Below the pieces are notes generated by a model, which worked only from the letters and a program-made list of their open reading frames with translations, did no database searches and was not told the origin of the DNA. A stretch of DNA of 59,898 nt from Octopus bimaculoides (Eukaryota), in the NCBI RefSeq assembly GCF_001194135.2, contig NC_068989.1, forward strand, positions 73,686,304 through 73,746,201, in the 5' to 3' direction. Positions 48,555 to 59,898 of this stretch are shown here, in pieces. The position numbers were made by a program, and so were the translations under genes. How positions within the stretch are numbered: position 1 is the first letter of the stretch; every line of letters begins with the position of its first letter.

Positions 48555-48770
48555 GACGGTGAATAGGTAGAATCATTAGCACGCTGGACAAAATGGTTCG
48601 CAGTATTTCTTCCGAATTTACTTTCTGTGTTCAGTTACTACCAAGGTTGATTTCGCCTTTCATTCTTTCGGGGTTGATAGAATAAGTATCATTTGAGCAC
48701 TGTTGTCACTATAATTGACTTTCTCCTACCCCTGAAATTGCTGGCCCTGTGCCAAAATTTTAAACCATTA
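48555..48770 (+). mobile_element. Diverged SINE family A
   Basis: Match to A consensus. Confidence 0.7.
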
Positions 48771-49907
48771 TCCAGGAAAATTCGAAATTATAATGCAATT
48801 ACTAATGCTCAGAAATTTAGACATGTTGCGGTATTAACTTACATAAAATCGTTCAGATCAGACGACAACTTAGATAATTCAGTGTCGTGTTAACAGTTTC
48901 TCCTTTGTTGACTCGCAGAAGTTTCCATGAGTGTTAGGAGTCTTTGTAAAGGACTCAGAACAATACAAACAAAACTAAGCTTTAACCATCTAATCCTTAA
49001 ACCGACGGTGTAAAGCACCGATCAGCTATCGTTGTTTTCATATATAAAGCAAAGTATAAGAGAGTTAAGGAAACAATGGAGAGATAGAAAAAAGAAAGAA
49101 AGGAGAAGAAAGAAAAGAAGTGATGAAATAGTTTTGTGACGCCGGCTTTTACATCATAATATCACAACAATCAATATGGTGTGAAGACTGTAACGTTGGG
49201 ACGGAGATTTGGAGATTTAAGACAGGCTCTTTTGGTGAAAGTGACGCATTAACACCAACTGGGACAGGACGAGCCATCGAGGGTGCCTTAAACATGGTCA
49301 CTTGATCTACTGGAAATAGCAACAAAATCTCTCTCAAGCTTCATTGCAAGTTACAGTCATGGAAAAAGACACGTTCTATAATCCTTTTTACTATAGGCAC
49401 AAGGCCTGCAATTTGGAGAGGAGATAGTCGATTTCATCGACCCCAGTGCGTAACTGGTACTTATTTCATCGACCCTTCATCAGTTGTCGGCTATCTATCT
49501 ACTCCTCATTTCAAGCATTGAACGATAGATATATGTATGTGTAAGTATGTACATATATATACACACACACAGACCCGTGTGTATATGCATGTATGTATGT
49601 ATGCATACATACATGTATATAAATAAATAAATAAATAAACCAGTGGTTTACCGTTAAGTTAAATGTTTATAAAAGATTAATTTTGAAAGCTGCATTCCCT
49701 CGCTTTCGGTAAATATGTTGCTTATTTTTTTGTAGTTTTTGACTTATTTAGTCCCTCGAAGCGTGAGGCGTTACTACACAGTTAATGCCCTTTATATAAA
49801 TTATATATATTTATGGAAAAAAATGATGAATTTGTTTTTCATTATGAGGTTTTTTTTCACGCTGACTACTTGATAAATTCTTATAAAGATTTTATCCTAT
49901 ATTATAT

Positions 49908-49938
<31 letters not shown>

Positions 49939-50596
49939 GAACCTTTTTAAATAATTAAGAAAGGCATTCTTTATAATCATTGTTAGTTCTCTATTTTGCC
50001 TTTTGTTTGTTGGTTTGTATTATTTTTACAGCTGAACGGGTTTGTTATTGCAGTAGAAACAGAATAGCAAAGATGGAAGCAGAAACCAAAATTGACACTG
50101 AAGCCGATCTTGTCTATATGTAAGCTCTTTCACTGGAATTTTTTTCTTTAATCAAAATATGATGTTATCTATTGATAATTCGAAACAAAATATTGATTAA
50201 AACATATTCGGAATTCATTTGTTTATTTGTGTAAGAATGTATGTATGTACGTACGTAGGTATTTATGTACACTTGCAAATATGTATACAGATATTTATCA
50301 AAATATTTGTATATGCATATAAATAATACAAGCACAAAAGCGCATGTATAATACACACACATACACACATATATGCCAGGAAAAATTGTAGAGTAATAGT
50401 TGTATGTGCTCATGCATGTTCATATGTATATGTGCTCATGCATGCATACATCCATACATAGATGCGTACACACACATACATACGCGCGTAATAGTTACAT
50501 AATACGTACATACATTTATTGATTTATATATATATATATATATATATATGTNNNNNNNNNNNNNNNNNNNNNNNNNNNNNNNNNNNNNNNAAATAT

Positions 50597-50627
<31 letters not shown>

Positions 50628-51244
50628 GATAGAGAGAGATCAAAACATTTTGATTCAAATTCGTTGGTACTTTTGAGTTTCAAGCGTGATGCTAATCGTC
50701 AGCCATTTTGAATTTGAATGACAGAGGTTGATTGTTATTACCGTAACGTGGGCGGAAATTGGCCGAAGAAGGTCACGCGGTGTCGTGGTTTGATGTTGGT
50801 ATATGGGTTACAGTTAGTTGGAAAATACCGCATACAGGAAATTGACAACGTGAAGGACAGGAAATAGATCACGTGGCGATTAGGAAATCGGCCAGGTTTT
50901 TGGAGGGAAGTAGGAAGGGGGTGGTATATGCAAGTATATAGTTCTATATGCGGGTGTGTAGATGCGTTCATATGGTTTTGCGTGCATGTGTGTATTGATC
51001 CGAGCATGCACATCTGTACATGGACGCGCACGTCTGCAGAAACGCAGACACACACACACGCTGGGAAGAACGCGCACGCGTGCACACGCACATACTCACG
51101 AACACATGCACACACATACACATTTACACACACATGCTCAGTCATTCATGTCTACATATATATATTCGCATGCATACCAGTGTGCACGCACACACGTATG
51201 CTCATGTGCATTCGCGTGCGTGCGTGAGTATACAGGCACAAAAT

Positions 51245-51346
51245 AGCGTTGGGGTTTGGTAAGCGTTTGGAATTGGTAAGCGTTGGGAATTGATATGCGT
51301 TGGGGACTGGGAAACGTTGGGGACTGGGAAACGTTGGGGACTGGTA
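51245..51346 (+). repeat. 17-18-bp G-rich minisatellite in the PLE 3'UTR
   Basis: Units ggggactgggaaacgtt and diverged agcgttgggaattggta. Confidence 0.85.
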
Positions 51347-51430
51347 ATTGGCGGTCCTTCTCAGTGGGGTTGGTTGGTAGCGGTTGCCATGCTGCAGGTG
51401 GTGAAGAGTAGCAGCTGGTGCTAAGGTGGT

Positions 51431-51820
51431 TTATCCCGATTGTCGGCAATCAGAGGCCTGAAATTTGCCAGAAGCGCATACTTTCGTGACAGCAATACTA
51501 TAAATCGTATTTCTTGTTGATGGATACTGGAGGATATGCAGCTTTTCACGGTGGCAGTGCTGGCGGTTGGGCGCGCCGGGTGAATATCGTGGCGCTCTGT
51601 CGACAATAGTCCACTTGATGCTGGGTATTTCATCTCGGAGTCTCCAGAGAAAACGAGACAGGGACGTAGAGTTCCCTCTGTCCCGGGATATAAACCAGTG
51701 CATATGCTTGGAGTATCTGTCCTTGAAGTCATTAGCTGTCACACCCGTATAGTGCTTAGTAATGCCATCGGATGATGTAAAGGCTGCTCTGTATACTACG
51801 GCATCTTTATATTCATTGAT
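51431..51820 (-). mobile_element. Penelope-like element: 5'-truncated ORF end encoding a GIY-YIG endonuclease
   Basis: Open frame ...AVVYRAAFTSSDGITKHYTGVTANDFKDRYSKH...GNSTSLSRFLWRLRDEIPSIKWTIVDRAPRYSPG...HCHREKLHIL... matches the PLE endonuclease pattern VVY..YxGxT...FKxRY..H...NST.LS...W..K.....I.W.I...A..Y.....C.LC..EK..I. Confidence 0.85.
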
Positions 51821-53127
51821 TCATTGATATATGCTTTAAAATTCTACACAGCAACAGTAGCGAAAATAGCAGTGGAGGTACAATTAGACGACACCAAAAA
51901 TTAACAGTTGAATAAGAATTACTGCACCTCCCTTAACACATTTTATAAAACATCTTTAGAGAACTTAGGTATAAATATTTTATCAATTAGGTCCCTTCAA
52001 GAGCTTTTATAAAGCAGTGTATAATGGAATTGTTAAACAAGTAGGTACAGGACATCTACTGACGTGACCAATGAATGAGCAATAAACAAATAATCACCTC
52101 TAGAAAAACAGGACATGGCTTAGCAAAATAGGTTGCAATTATATAATTGATATATATATAGAGAGAGAGAATGCCTGCAGATTTGGCTACTGAATTAAAA
52201 TAACAAATGATATAGAGATAAGAAATTTCATAAAAAAATCTTCTAGATAACAAGAACTGAAAGATGATATTTAGAATAAAACAAAGAGAACAAGAACGAC
52301 AAAGTAATGAGAAATAGAAAGACAACGAATTGGCAAATGAAACGAGGACAATCATATATAACGCTTTAATAAAACTATATTATAAACCAGCCTTACATTT
52401 GTATGTATGTCGATGCTTGTACTTGATTATGCATGTATTTGAGTATGCATGTATATGCATACTTGAATATGCATGTATATTGGCGTGCGCCAATATATGT
52501 GTTTGTGTACGGGTGTTTGTTAAGAATTAAATAGCAGAAAGGACAAAGCATTGAACAGCCCTTTTGTAAATGGTTAATTCATAAACATTTACCTCATTTT
52601 ATTGGGTGAGTCGATGTAGTATGTTCACGGACTTGGTTATTCATTATGTTTCTGGGAAAGTTTAATTATTGTGTCCAAGGGCGAATCTATTATGGCCCTC
52701 GGCAATTCTATTTTCTGTGCTTCTCAGCAGGTTTCTTTACTGTCTACCAGAGTATTTTTTTAATACTGGTTTAGCCTATTTATTATGCTTCTGGGTAAGT
52801 TTTATGTATTATGCCTCTTGGAAGGCCTAATGCATAGCACCATTTGAACAACGAAGGAAGATTTATACCCTTGTCCGATCTGCTATAGATAGCAAATTTA
52901 TTTACCTCAAGGGACACCCTACCATCTCAAATATATTGAAATACCACTGGACATGCTTGTTGTTCTCGTTCTCCGTCTCCAAAGGCGAAATGATTACGAT
53001 TGGGACGATTTCTTTAAGCATAAGTCTACTTGATCACGGCTGATCTGGGATTAAATATCAATCTTCGTCGCTAAAATCTCAGTCATTATGATCTCATGGG
53101 GCCGTGACCGTAGTGACGTCACACACA

Positions 53128-53332
53128 ATATTGGTTTCTAATTTTGGCACAAGGCCAGAAATTTTTGGGTAGAGGGTAAGTCGATTACATCGACCCACCA
53201 GTGATCAGCTGGTACTTATTTTATCAACCCCTGAAGGATGAAAGACAAAGTCGACTCAGAACGTGAAGACGGAAGAAATCCTGCTAAGAATTTTGCCTAC
53301 CGTGTTTACGATTCTGCCAGCTCACCGCCTTA
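53128..53332 (-). mobile_element. SINE family A
   Basis: Match to A consensus with a small internal deletion. Confidence 0.75.
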
Positions 53333-53819
53333 AAATATCGCATGAACTGTTATTTGAAATGGGATATCAAAAGAATCAGAAAAGCGGTAATCACAATTCA
53401 TGCAGTGTATAGTTTCGCCGCTTGGCGTTGAGATTTCGAATCACGTAAGTTTCGTTCTTGCTCAATCCGAGATTAATAAAAGAAATACCAGTCCTTCTCT
53501 ACAAAAGGAAACATCGTGTCTTTGTTTGAAATGAATATTTGTGTATTTGGTGGAATAATCTATCTATTGTTGAAAGTGTCTTTAGATGTGTAATGGTTTT
53601 ACAATTTATTGAATTTTGATAAATTTGTTTCTAAATAAAATTAGTCTTCAAACTTCACCCAGCACTGAATTTCAGCCACTACATTCTCATCATTAGTATA
53701 AATAAATTAATTTATCTCTTTTCTCCCCATTCTATTTGTCCTGGTAATATTTTTACAGAAACAGGATAGTTGCTTTGAAATTATAAGCTTGATATTCTTA
53801 ACCTAACCGTTGTGATTCA

Positions 53820-53963
53820 AAGGATAGAAAGAGAGAGGGAGAGAGAGGTGAGAAAGAAAGAGAGATAGCAGTACATAGAGAGGGGGAGAGAGAAAGAGAG
53901 AGAGAGCGAGCGGTACATAGAGGGTGAAAGAGAGAGAGGGAAAGAGAGAGAGGGAAAGAGAGA

Positions 53964-54022
<59 letters not shown>
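53820..54022 (+). repeat. Long polypurine (GA)n tract
   Basis: About 200 bp of almost pure A/G. Confidence 0.9.
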
Positions 54023-54023
<1 letters not shown>

Positions 54024-54150
54024 AATAATAAATTTAGCACCAGCTTGAACCGCATTGAAGAAAAGAATTAAAATAAATAAATAACTTGCGGAGAATAATC
54101 AATCGTGTGGAATATGTAAAAGGCATGTCCCCTATACAAGTATATCTTAC

Positions 54151-54240
54151 CATTATCGGATCGGCAACAGATGTTTTAAACTGGTGCTCATATTTCATTC
54201 TTATCAAATGTATATAGTAACGCAGTACTTTTGTTTGCAT
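54151..54240 (-). CDS. Candidate first coding exon or uORF-bearing 5' exon: MQTKVLRYYIHLIRMKYEHQFKTSVADPIM (alternative ATG at 54198)
   Basis: ATG just after an in-frame stop, open to a strong phase-0 donor ATG|gtaaga, compatible with the phase-0 acceptor at 13976; no homology support. Confidence 0.35.
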
Positions 54241-56599
54241 CTGTTTTGCCTATATTGTTGCGGCTGTTGTGGTGTTTTTAAAACAGGAAAATATTTGTAC
54301 AGTATTGTAATTTGATATACCTTCATAATAAATGCAATAGTGGAAGTTGCTATACTGTATCTGTAAGTTATTGACAGACCGAACTAATGACCTGGCTTCG
54401 ACCTTCACAGTCATTTTTATCATTTCATATGGTGAAGCTTCTCAATTTAACAATTTGTCTTGCTATTTTACCATAAAATTCTGAGAAATCATTAATCGTA
54501 CTGTAAACAATTACAGCAGACAGTGAATGTAAAATAAAGATAAGCTGCAAGTGAGACGAGTCTGCGACCTGGCTTTCGATTCTTAGTTGTAGCAATTTAA
54601 CGTTTTTTCCTTTCTATAATGAATCTGAATAAGACATGAAAGGTTACGAGAATTTGATAGTCTCTTATCGTTAAATTAAAGATATCGTACTTAGAAACGA
54701 AATCAGTGTTTATGAGAAATGTATATGAGGACTTTTCAAAGAAGTATAAAACTCTGGGTAGCCGAGGTTTAAAATATTCAATGATCGATATATCAATTTC
54801 GGATTGTGTCACTGTTGATAAGTATACCATGATCGAACCACAGCAGTGTCAATCTAGTGGCCTGCGGTAAGTAAAATAAGTGGCAGTAATACATAGTAAT
54901 AACTTCAACTGGTTAAGCAAAGCTATTTTTGCTCTGCGTCTGGCCATAACCAACTATAAGAAATAACTGCTGCTAGATAAACTGGACCAGTGAAAGTTAC
55001 GTTGCCTTTTTAAGTTATTGCAGACGTCGACATGCGGATTTTCGAACTAAATATCAAATGAATCGAATCGATTGTGTCGGTCATAGAGGGCCTACATAGT
55101 TCATGGAATGGAGTTGATTGGAGTAAAAACATTCAAGGGCTAGGTGAGAGAGTTAAATCAGACGGTGATTTATGTTTATCATTGAAGAACAAGAATGTTC
55201 CGTCTGACGAAACGAAATTACGCATAGTTTCCATTCTTTAAAATTTCACTCACAGGGATTTCGTGTACTCGTGACTATTGCGGAATACACTTATCCAGGT
55301 ACCACACAATAGGTACGAACCCAAAACAATGTAACCCTGATGCAAACGTCTTAACCACACGTATATGCCTGCGCTCAAACGTTGAAACAGATATATATCA
55401 TACTGATGTGTTTAGACTATACAAAAGGAACGGATCAAATGAGCGGATCAGATGAGCATAAATAAAATAACGTACCGCTTATTCATATTTTGAGGTGTAG
55501 AAGATAAAGGGAAATTTCTTTCCACTGAAATTAAGTTATTTTCTAGGGACATTCACTCCTTAATTCAGAAGTCACGCTAAATGTTAATTCTATTAGTTCT
55601 CTTGTACAAGATATTTAGGTTTTGGCGTAGTAGAATATGAAACTAATCATTAAACTAACTTTCTACTTCTTAAGTTATGTTATCATATTTTCCACATCTC
55701 GGTACTTTTACGGGAACTATTTATTGCTAAATGTGTTATTAGATGTAACAAAATCGGGTTCCATCCTCGTCAAGAACATTGCACAACTCCATTGATAGTT
55801 TGATACAGTTTGTATCCCTTCTCAGTATATTGATAACAGATACCCAGCTTATATAAAGTAACAATTGGTATATTCAGTAATTTCAGTGTGCATTAAAAGA
55901 TCAACGTCATCAAAGTTATTATTAGTGACGTCAAAAGTGAATTATGTCTATTAGTCATCACTAACATATGAAAATCACAAGAAGTTAGTTAACAAATTTT
56001 ACGATTACACTCATTAAGGATTATTAATAGTATAATGCAACGTTCATATTCTGTATAATAACATTTTGAAATTAAATACGTCCGATTATTAGTTTTTTCT
56101 TTTCTTTTTTCTCGTTCATTAAATTATTGAAACATGATTAGCTTTTGGTTGTTATATGTTAAAGCCATTAAGACAATAGCCGGCAGGTGTACATTTCACA
56201 CTACATGCATGCAATAGAAATTGATTATAAAGGGTGAACAGCCTAAAGAGTTAAATCGAAGACAAGGTGATTTATAGTAAAAATAGTCATTTTCAGTTAT
56301 TATGAATACTACCGCTTACATGGATTTAGTTAACAGCAATAACACATGAACTAAGACAAGGACGTTGAATACTTTCAGTGAAGACAATCGAGCCCTTCCA
56401 AAAATTTTATTATAATTCCTATATTGAGGCAATTTGGCTTTTGTACACTTTATCTCTTGACTTCTATTTAAATCTATTCACGAAAGCATTTCAAGTTTAG
56501 GGGTACGTATCTCAGGACCATTATGATAGAATGTTAACTCAAGGGATTTGCCATTTAATTTATGCTTGATTTGTTACATGTTGTCTTCTGTTACCTTAC

Positions 56600-56636
56600 C
56601 AGAGTGAGGTTAGCTGCTTATGACGGGAATTCGCAC
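56600..56636 (-). other. Candidate 37-nt exon (probably 5'UTR)
   Basis: Acceptor cattttttttatctag|GT, donor CTG|gtaagg; one open frame (ANSRHKQLTSL). Confidence 0.4.
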
Positions 56637-57524
56637 CTAGATAAAAAAAATGCTTGAAATTCTAATACGTTTCAAACAAATGCATTTTATATTATGTCAG
56701 TTAATATCGAATTTCAGCTGAATTGATGGTTTAGCCTTCAGGCAGTTATTTGAGTATCATTTGTTTCTTTTAAGTCAGCATATTCCGTTTTTGTTTTATT
56801 AATCATTTACGAGATAAATTTTCACAATGTTTCAGAACAGTCTATGAATAAATCAAGTTTATATAGTTATTTATAGCTTTTGTGACAGTGGCCTCTTAAT
56901 TCAAAACCAGAACTGTTTGTCTTATTGGAAATGTATCATTACTGTCAGTTTGAGGTCATATATCTTCTCCCCGTCTATTGGTAACAAGCTTTGTTTTGTG
57001 AAAAGCCAGCGTGTTAAAGCTAAGAAAGACTGTGCAAGCCACCGTTTGTATTAATACATGCATATATTTCCATGTGTGCGTGCATGTATTATCATGTGTG
57101 CATACATGTATTTCCGTGTGTGCGTGCATGTATTACCATGTGTGCGTGCATGTATTTCCGTGTGTGCGTGCATGTTTATGCACGTGAATTGTCAAGTGTT
57201 TGTATTTATATACATTTATTTTTCTTATAGACAATGTCAACGACACTAGTTTATCGATAAAACTATTTCTATGTAATATGCGGTGCAGAAGCAGATATAA
57301 GTTCTCTTAATAAACGATTTTGGAGAATCTGAGAGTTTACCAACGATAAGATTGCGTTGTTAAGGATGCAACAGCGTTTCAAGTACAGTAGGTCACGCAT
57401 ACATTATGGCGGACATAGTGAAATCAGAGAAAACCCCGAGAGAAATAAATTCGATAGAGTAGGTAGAAATAAAACCCTTTTAGTACCTTTATCATGTCAC
57501 AGAGTTTTATATATTCTATCTAGT

Positions 57525-57945
57525 ATCTTTTACTTGTTTCAGTTTTTAGACAGCAGCCGAACTGGGGCATCTCCTTGAAGGATTTGGTTGAACAAATCGA
57601 TTCCTGTACTTATTTTTTAAAAGTCTAGTACTTCTTTTATCGGTCTCGTTAACTTACGGGTCTGAAAAAACCAACACCGGTTGTCAAGCGATCGTATGGG
57701 ACAAACACAACACAGAAACACACGGTTGCACACACATATACACATGCGCGTGGGCACACACGAGTATATATACGCAAAACACGAGTATATATACACGACA
57801 GGCTTCTTTCAGTTTCCGCCTCCCAAATCCACTTACAAGGCCCAGGGCTATAGAGGGAGAAACTTACTCTGGGTTCCGCACAGTGGAACTGAACGCAAAA
57901 CCACATGGGTGGGAATGAAAGTTGTAACCACATGGCCTCGTCTAC
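57525..57945 (-). mobile_element. SINE family D copy
   Basis: Body and tail motifs as in the other D copies. Confidence 0.75.
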
Positions 57946-58209
57946 GCCAGTACGTACATACATATACACACACACACATATACATACATATATATGACTA
58001 TGAATATATCTATATGAATATAGTAAGAGTACTCGATATAAAGAGTACAGTGTAGATGCCGTGCAGAATAGAAATTCAATGTTTCTGACATAGTCCTTCA
58101 AGAGAAAAGTTGAAAGGAGAGAAGCTAATGAGACACAAAAGAGTTTTACATCTTCTAAGTTAAAAAAACAAAAATAAACTGGAGGCACACCTTTCAAAAT
58201 TTGAAACAA

Positions 58210-58221
58210 TTATTGTTGTTG

Positions 58222-58253
<32 letters not shown>

Positions 58254-58468
58254 GGACTTGACTCAGGTTTGTTCCTATTCCTGGTAGAATTTATATGTGT
58301 AGCAGGTTACTACCAGTAACCTTAGGTATCCATAAGCTTTCAAGTGCTCAAAATCCTTCTGATAATCTTTCTTGTTCCTAGGAGGCAAATATTCTGTAGA
58401 AGCTGTAGAGGAGCTCCTATTTCAGTCCCCTTCGACCATTTGTCTATATCATTATTCACAGTTCCTCA
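58210..58468 (-). mobile_element. R4/Dong-clade 3' end with short 3'UTR and (AAT)n tail
   Basis: Minus frame ends ...LQLLQNICLLGTRKIIRRILST* (stop 58340-58342), the LQK..LLGT.RILR.VL terminus of R4/Dong ORFs; interrupted by a SINE at 58469. Confidence 0.7.
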
Positions 58469-58469
58469 A

Positions 58470-58665
58470 GGAAGCGAGCTGGCAGAAACGTTAGCACGCC
58501 AGGCGAAATGCTTAACGGTATTTCGTCTGCTGCTACGTTCTGAGTTCAAATACCACCGAGGTCGACTTTACCTTTTATCCTTTTGGGGTCGATAAATTAA
58601 ATACACCCACACTGTCTCTGTATTGGCCCCCCCTCATCATTCGCCCTTGTGGTAAAGAAATAAAA
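58470..58665 (+). mobile_element. SINE family A inserted into the R4/Dong remnant
   Basis: Match to A consensus. Confidence 0.8.
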
Positions 58666-59273
58666 TCATCATCATCATTATTATTATCATTATTATTATT
58701 GTACACAGGTATAATCCCTAGATTCGAGGTATTTCGTTTAGTTACCTCCCTTTGTATTCATGGAGGAAATGCCTTTGGTCACAAGTCTTCTCTGTAAGGC
58801 TGGCCTCAGGATTGAAGAACAGCAACAACAACAACAAATACAATACAAATACGAACTATACAACCACCACCACTAAATTCACTACCACCGCTGATGCCAA
58901 AACAGAATATAGACAGAAATCAATATACAAATAGCTAAATATACAAATTGCTAAAACGAACTAGATAAACAGATCGATAAGGATGCATATAGACGTGTGG
59001 ATATGTACACAAAAACACACACTCACACACACATTTCTTAAAATACTACTGGAATTTATCGTTAAGCAGAATCCATTAAAGGGTTTCATCATCAGGGTTT
59101 GGGAGCAATAGAATTTGATGTAATGGTTTGTATACTTACAGAATACAAACTATTATACGTAAGTACATATATACATACTCAAGTACATTCATACGCACAC
59201 AGAGACGTGCATATGTAGACATATATATGTATGTATGTATGTGTGTATGTATATATATATGTGTGTGTGTGTT

Positions 59274-59346
<73 letters not shown>

Positions 59347-59898
59347 NNNNNNNNNNNNNNNNNNNNNNNNNNNNNNNNNNNNNNNNNNNNNNNNNNNNNN
59401 NNNNNNNNNNNNNNNNNNNNNNNNNNNNNNNNNNNNNNNNNNNNNNNNNNNNNNNNNNNNNNNNNNNNNNNNNNNNNNNNNNNNNNNNNNNNNNNNNNNN
59501 NNNNNNNNNNNNNNNNNNNNNNNNNNNNNNNNNNNNNNNNNNNNNNNNNNNNNNNNNNNNNNNNNNNNNNNNNNNNNNNNNNNNNNNNNNNNNATATATA
59601 TATATATATATATAACGTTGACCACTAACGTGGAAATTCAATGTGCTAGAAATAGATCACATCTTGTGTCTAATAAGACCTAAATTGTTCTCATGAAATA
59701 TAGCGGGATACCGAAACGTAAGCGGGCAAGACAAATCCCTTGAGATTGCAGATACTGTTTCTGAATCTCTTTGATTCTTTAAATGTGCTAGCTTCCTGGT
59801 AATTAATCGATATTAATTAATATATGGTTTTTACCCTATTTTTTAATAATATATTAACCATTACCGAGTTCTCATACTGGATATATGCGACGCAGTAA

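Noticed and set aside
50675-50707. Minus-strand CUGACGA..AGC/GCU..GAAAC motif at the presumed PLE 3' end
   Set aside because: Core and a 3-bp helix II are present, but helix I cannot form and helix III is too short; not counted as an HHR.
52728-52794. Plus-strand exon-like unit with strong acceptor and gtaagt donor
   Set aside because: In-frame stop in the obvious frame, no partner exons, and the donor lies in a locally duplicated motif.
11210-59683. Long ORFs containing runs of X (11210-11972, 27303-27833, 39813-41056, 43558-44004, 59128-59683 and others)
   Set aside because: They merely span N-gaps (6304-6313, 11282-11866, 27351-27788, 28866-28966, 35087-35143, 40180-40739, 43600-43881, 46567-47551, 50552-50590, 59347-59593).

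Overview
AT-rich, repeat-dense animal genomic DNA with ten N-gaps and heavy (TA)n/(CA)n/(GA)n/(ATT)n microsatellite load. The tRNA-headed SINE families resemble those I know from octopus, so an octopod cephalopod source is likely (inference, not verified). Almost all ORFs in the supplied track are artefacts of gaps and microsatellites. The window appears mostly intronic to one minus-strand gene. Two frame-compatible coding exons are well supported (13739-13976 and 5457-5542, 108 aa joined, family not recognised), with weaker upstream exon candidates up to about 56.6 kb. The introns hold four to five SINE families, RTE and R4/Dong LINE remnants, an internally deleted mariner, hAT and mariner MITEs, several foldback hairpins, and Penelope-like (PLE) remnants (RT/thumb and GIY-YIG pieces). 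The most striking signal is a set of type I hammerhead ribozyme (HHR) motifs from unrelated repeat families. One (27213-27257, minus) has an intact core at the tip of a ~126-nt hairpin, with the bulge and loop layout of the Schistosoma tertiary-stabilised HHR, inside a highly structured ~300-nt repeat that runs into a gap (retrozyme-like or PLE terminal repeat). Another sits downstream of a tRNA-like Pol III head (5115-5350). A 163-bp exact local copy flanked by a 15-bp direct repeat (22981-23143 copied to 24432-24594) is also notable. Repeat boundaries are by-eye estimates; exon, HHR, hairpin and duplication coordinates were counted base by base.
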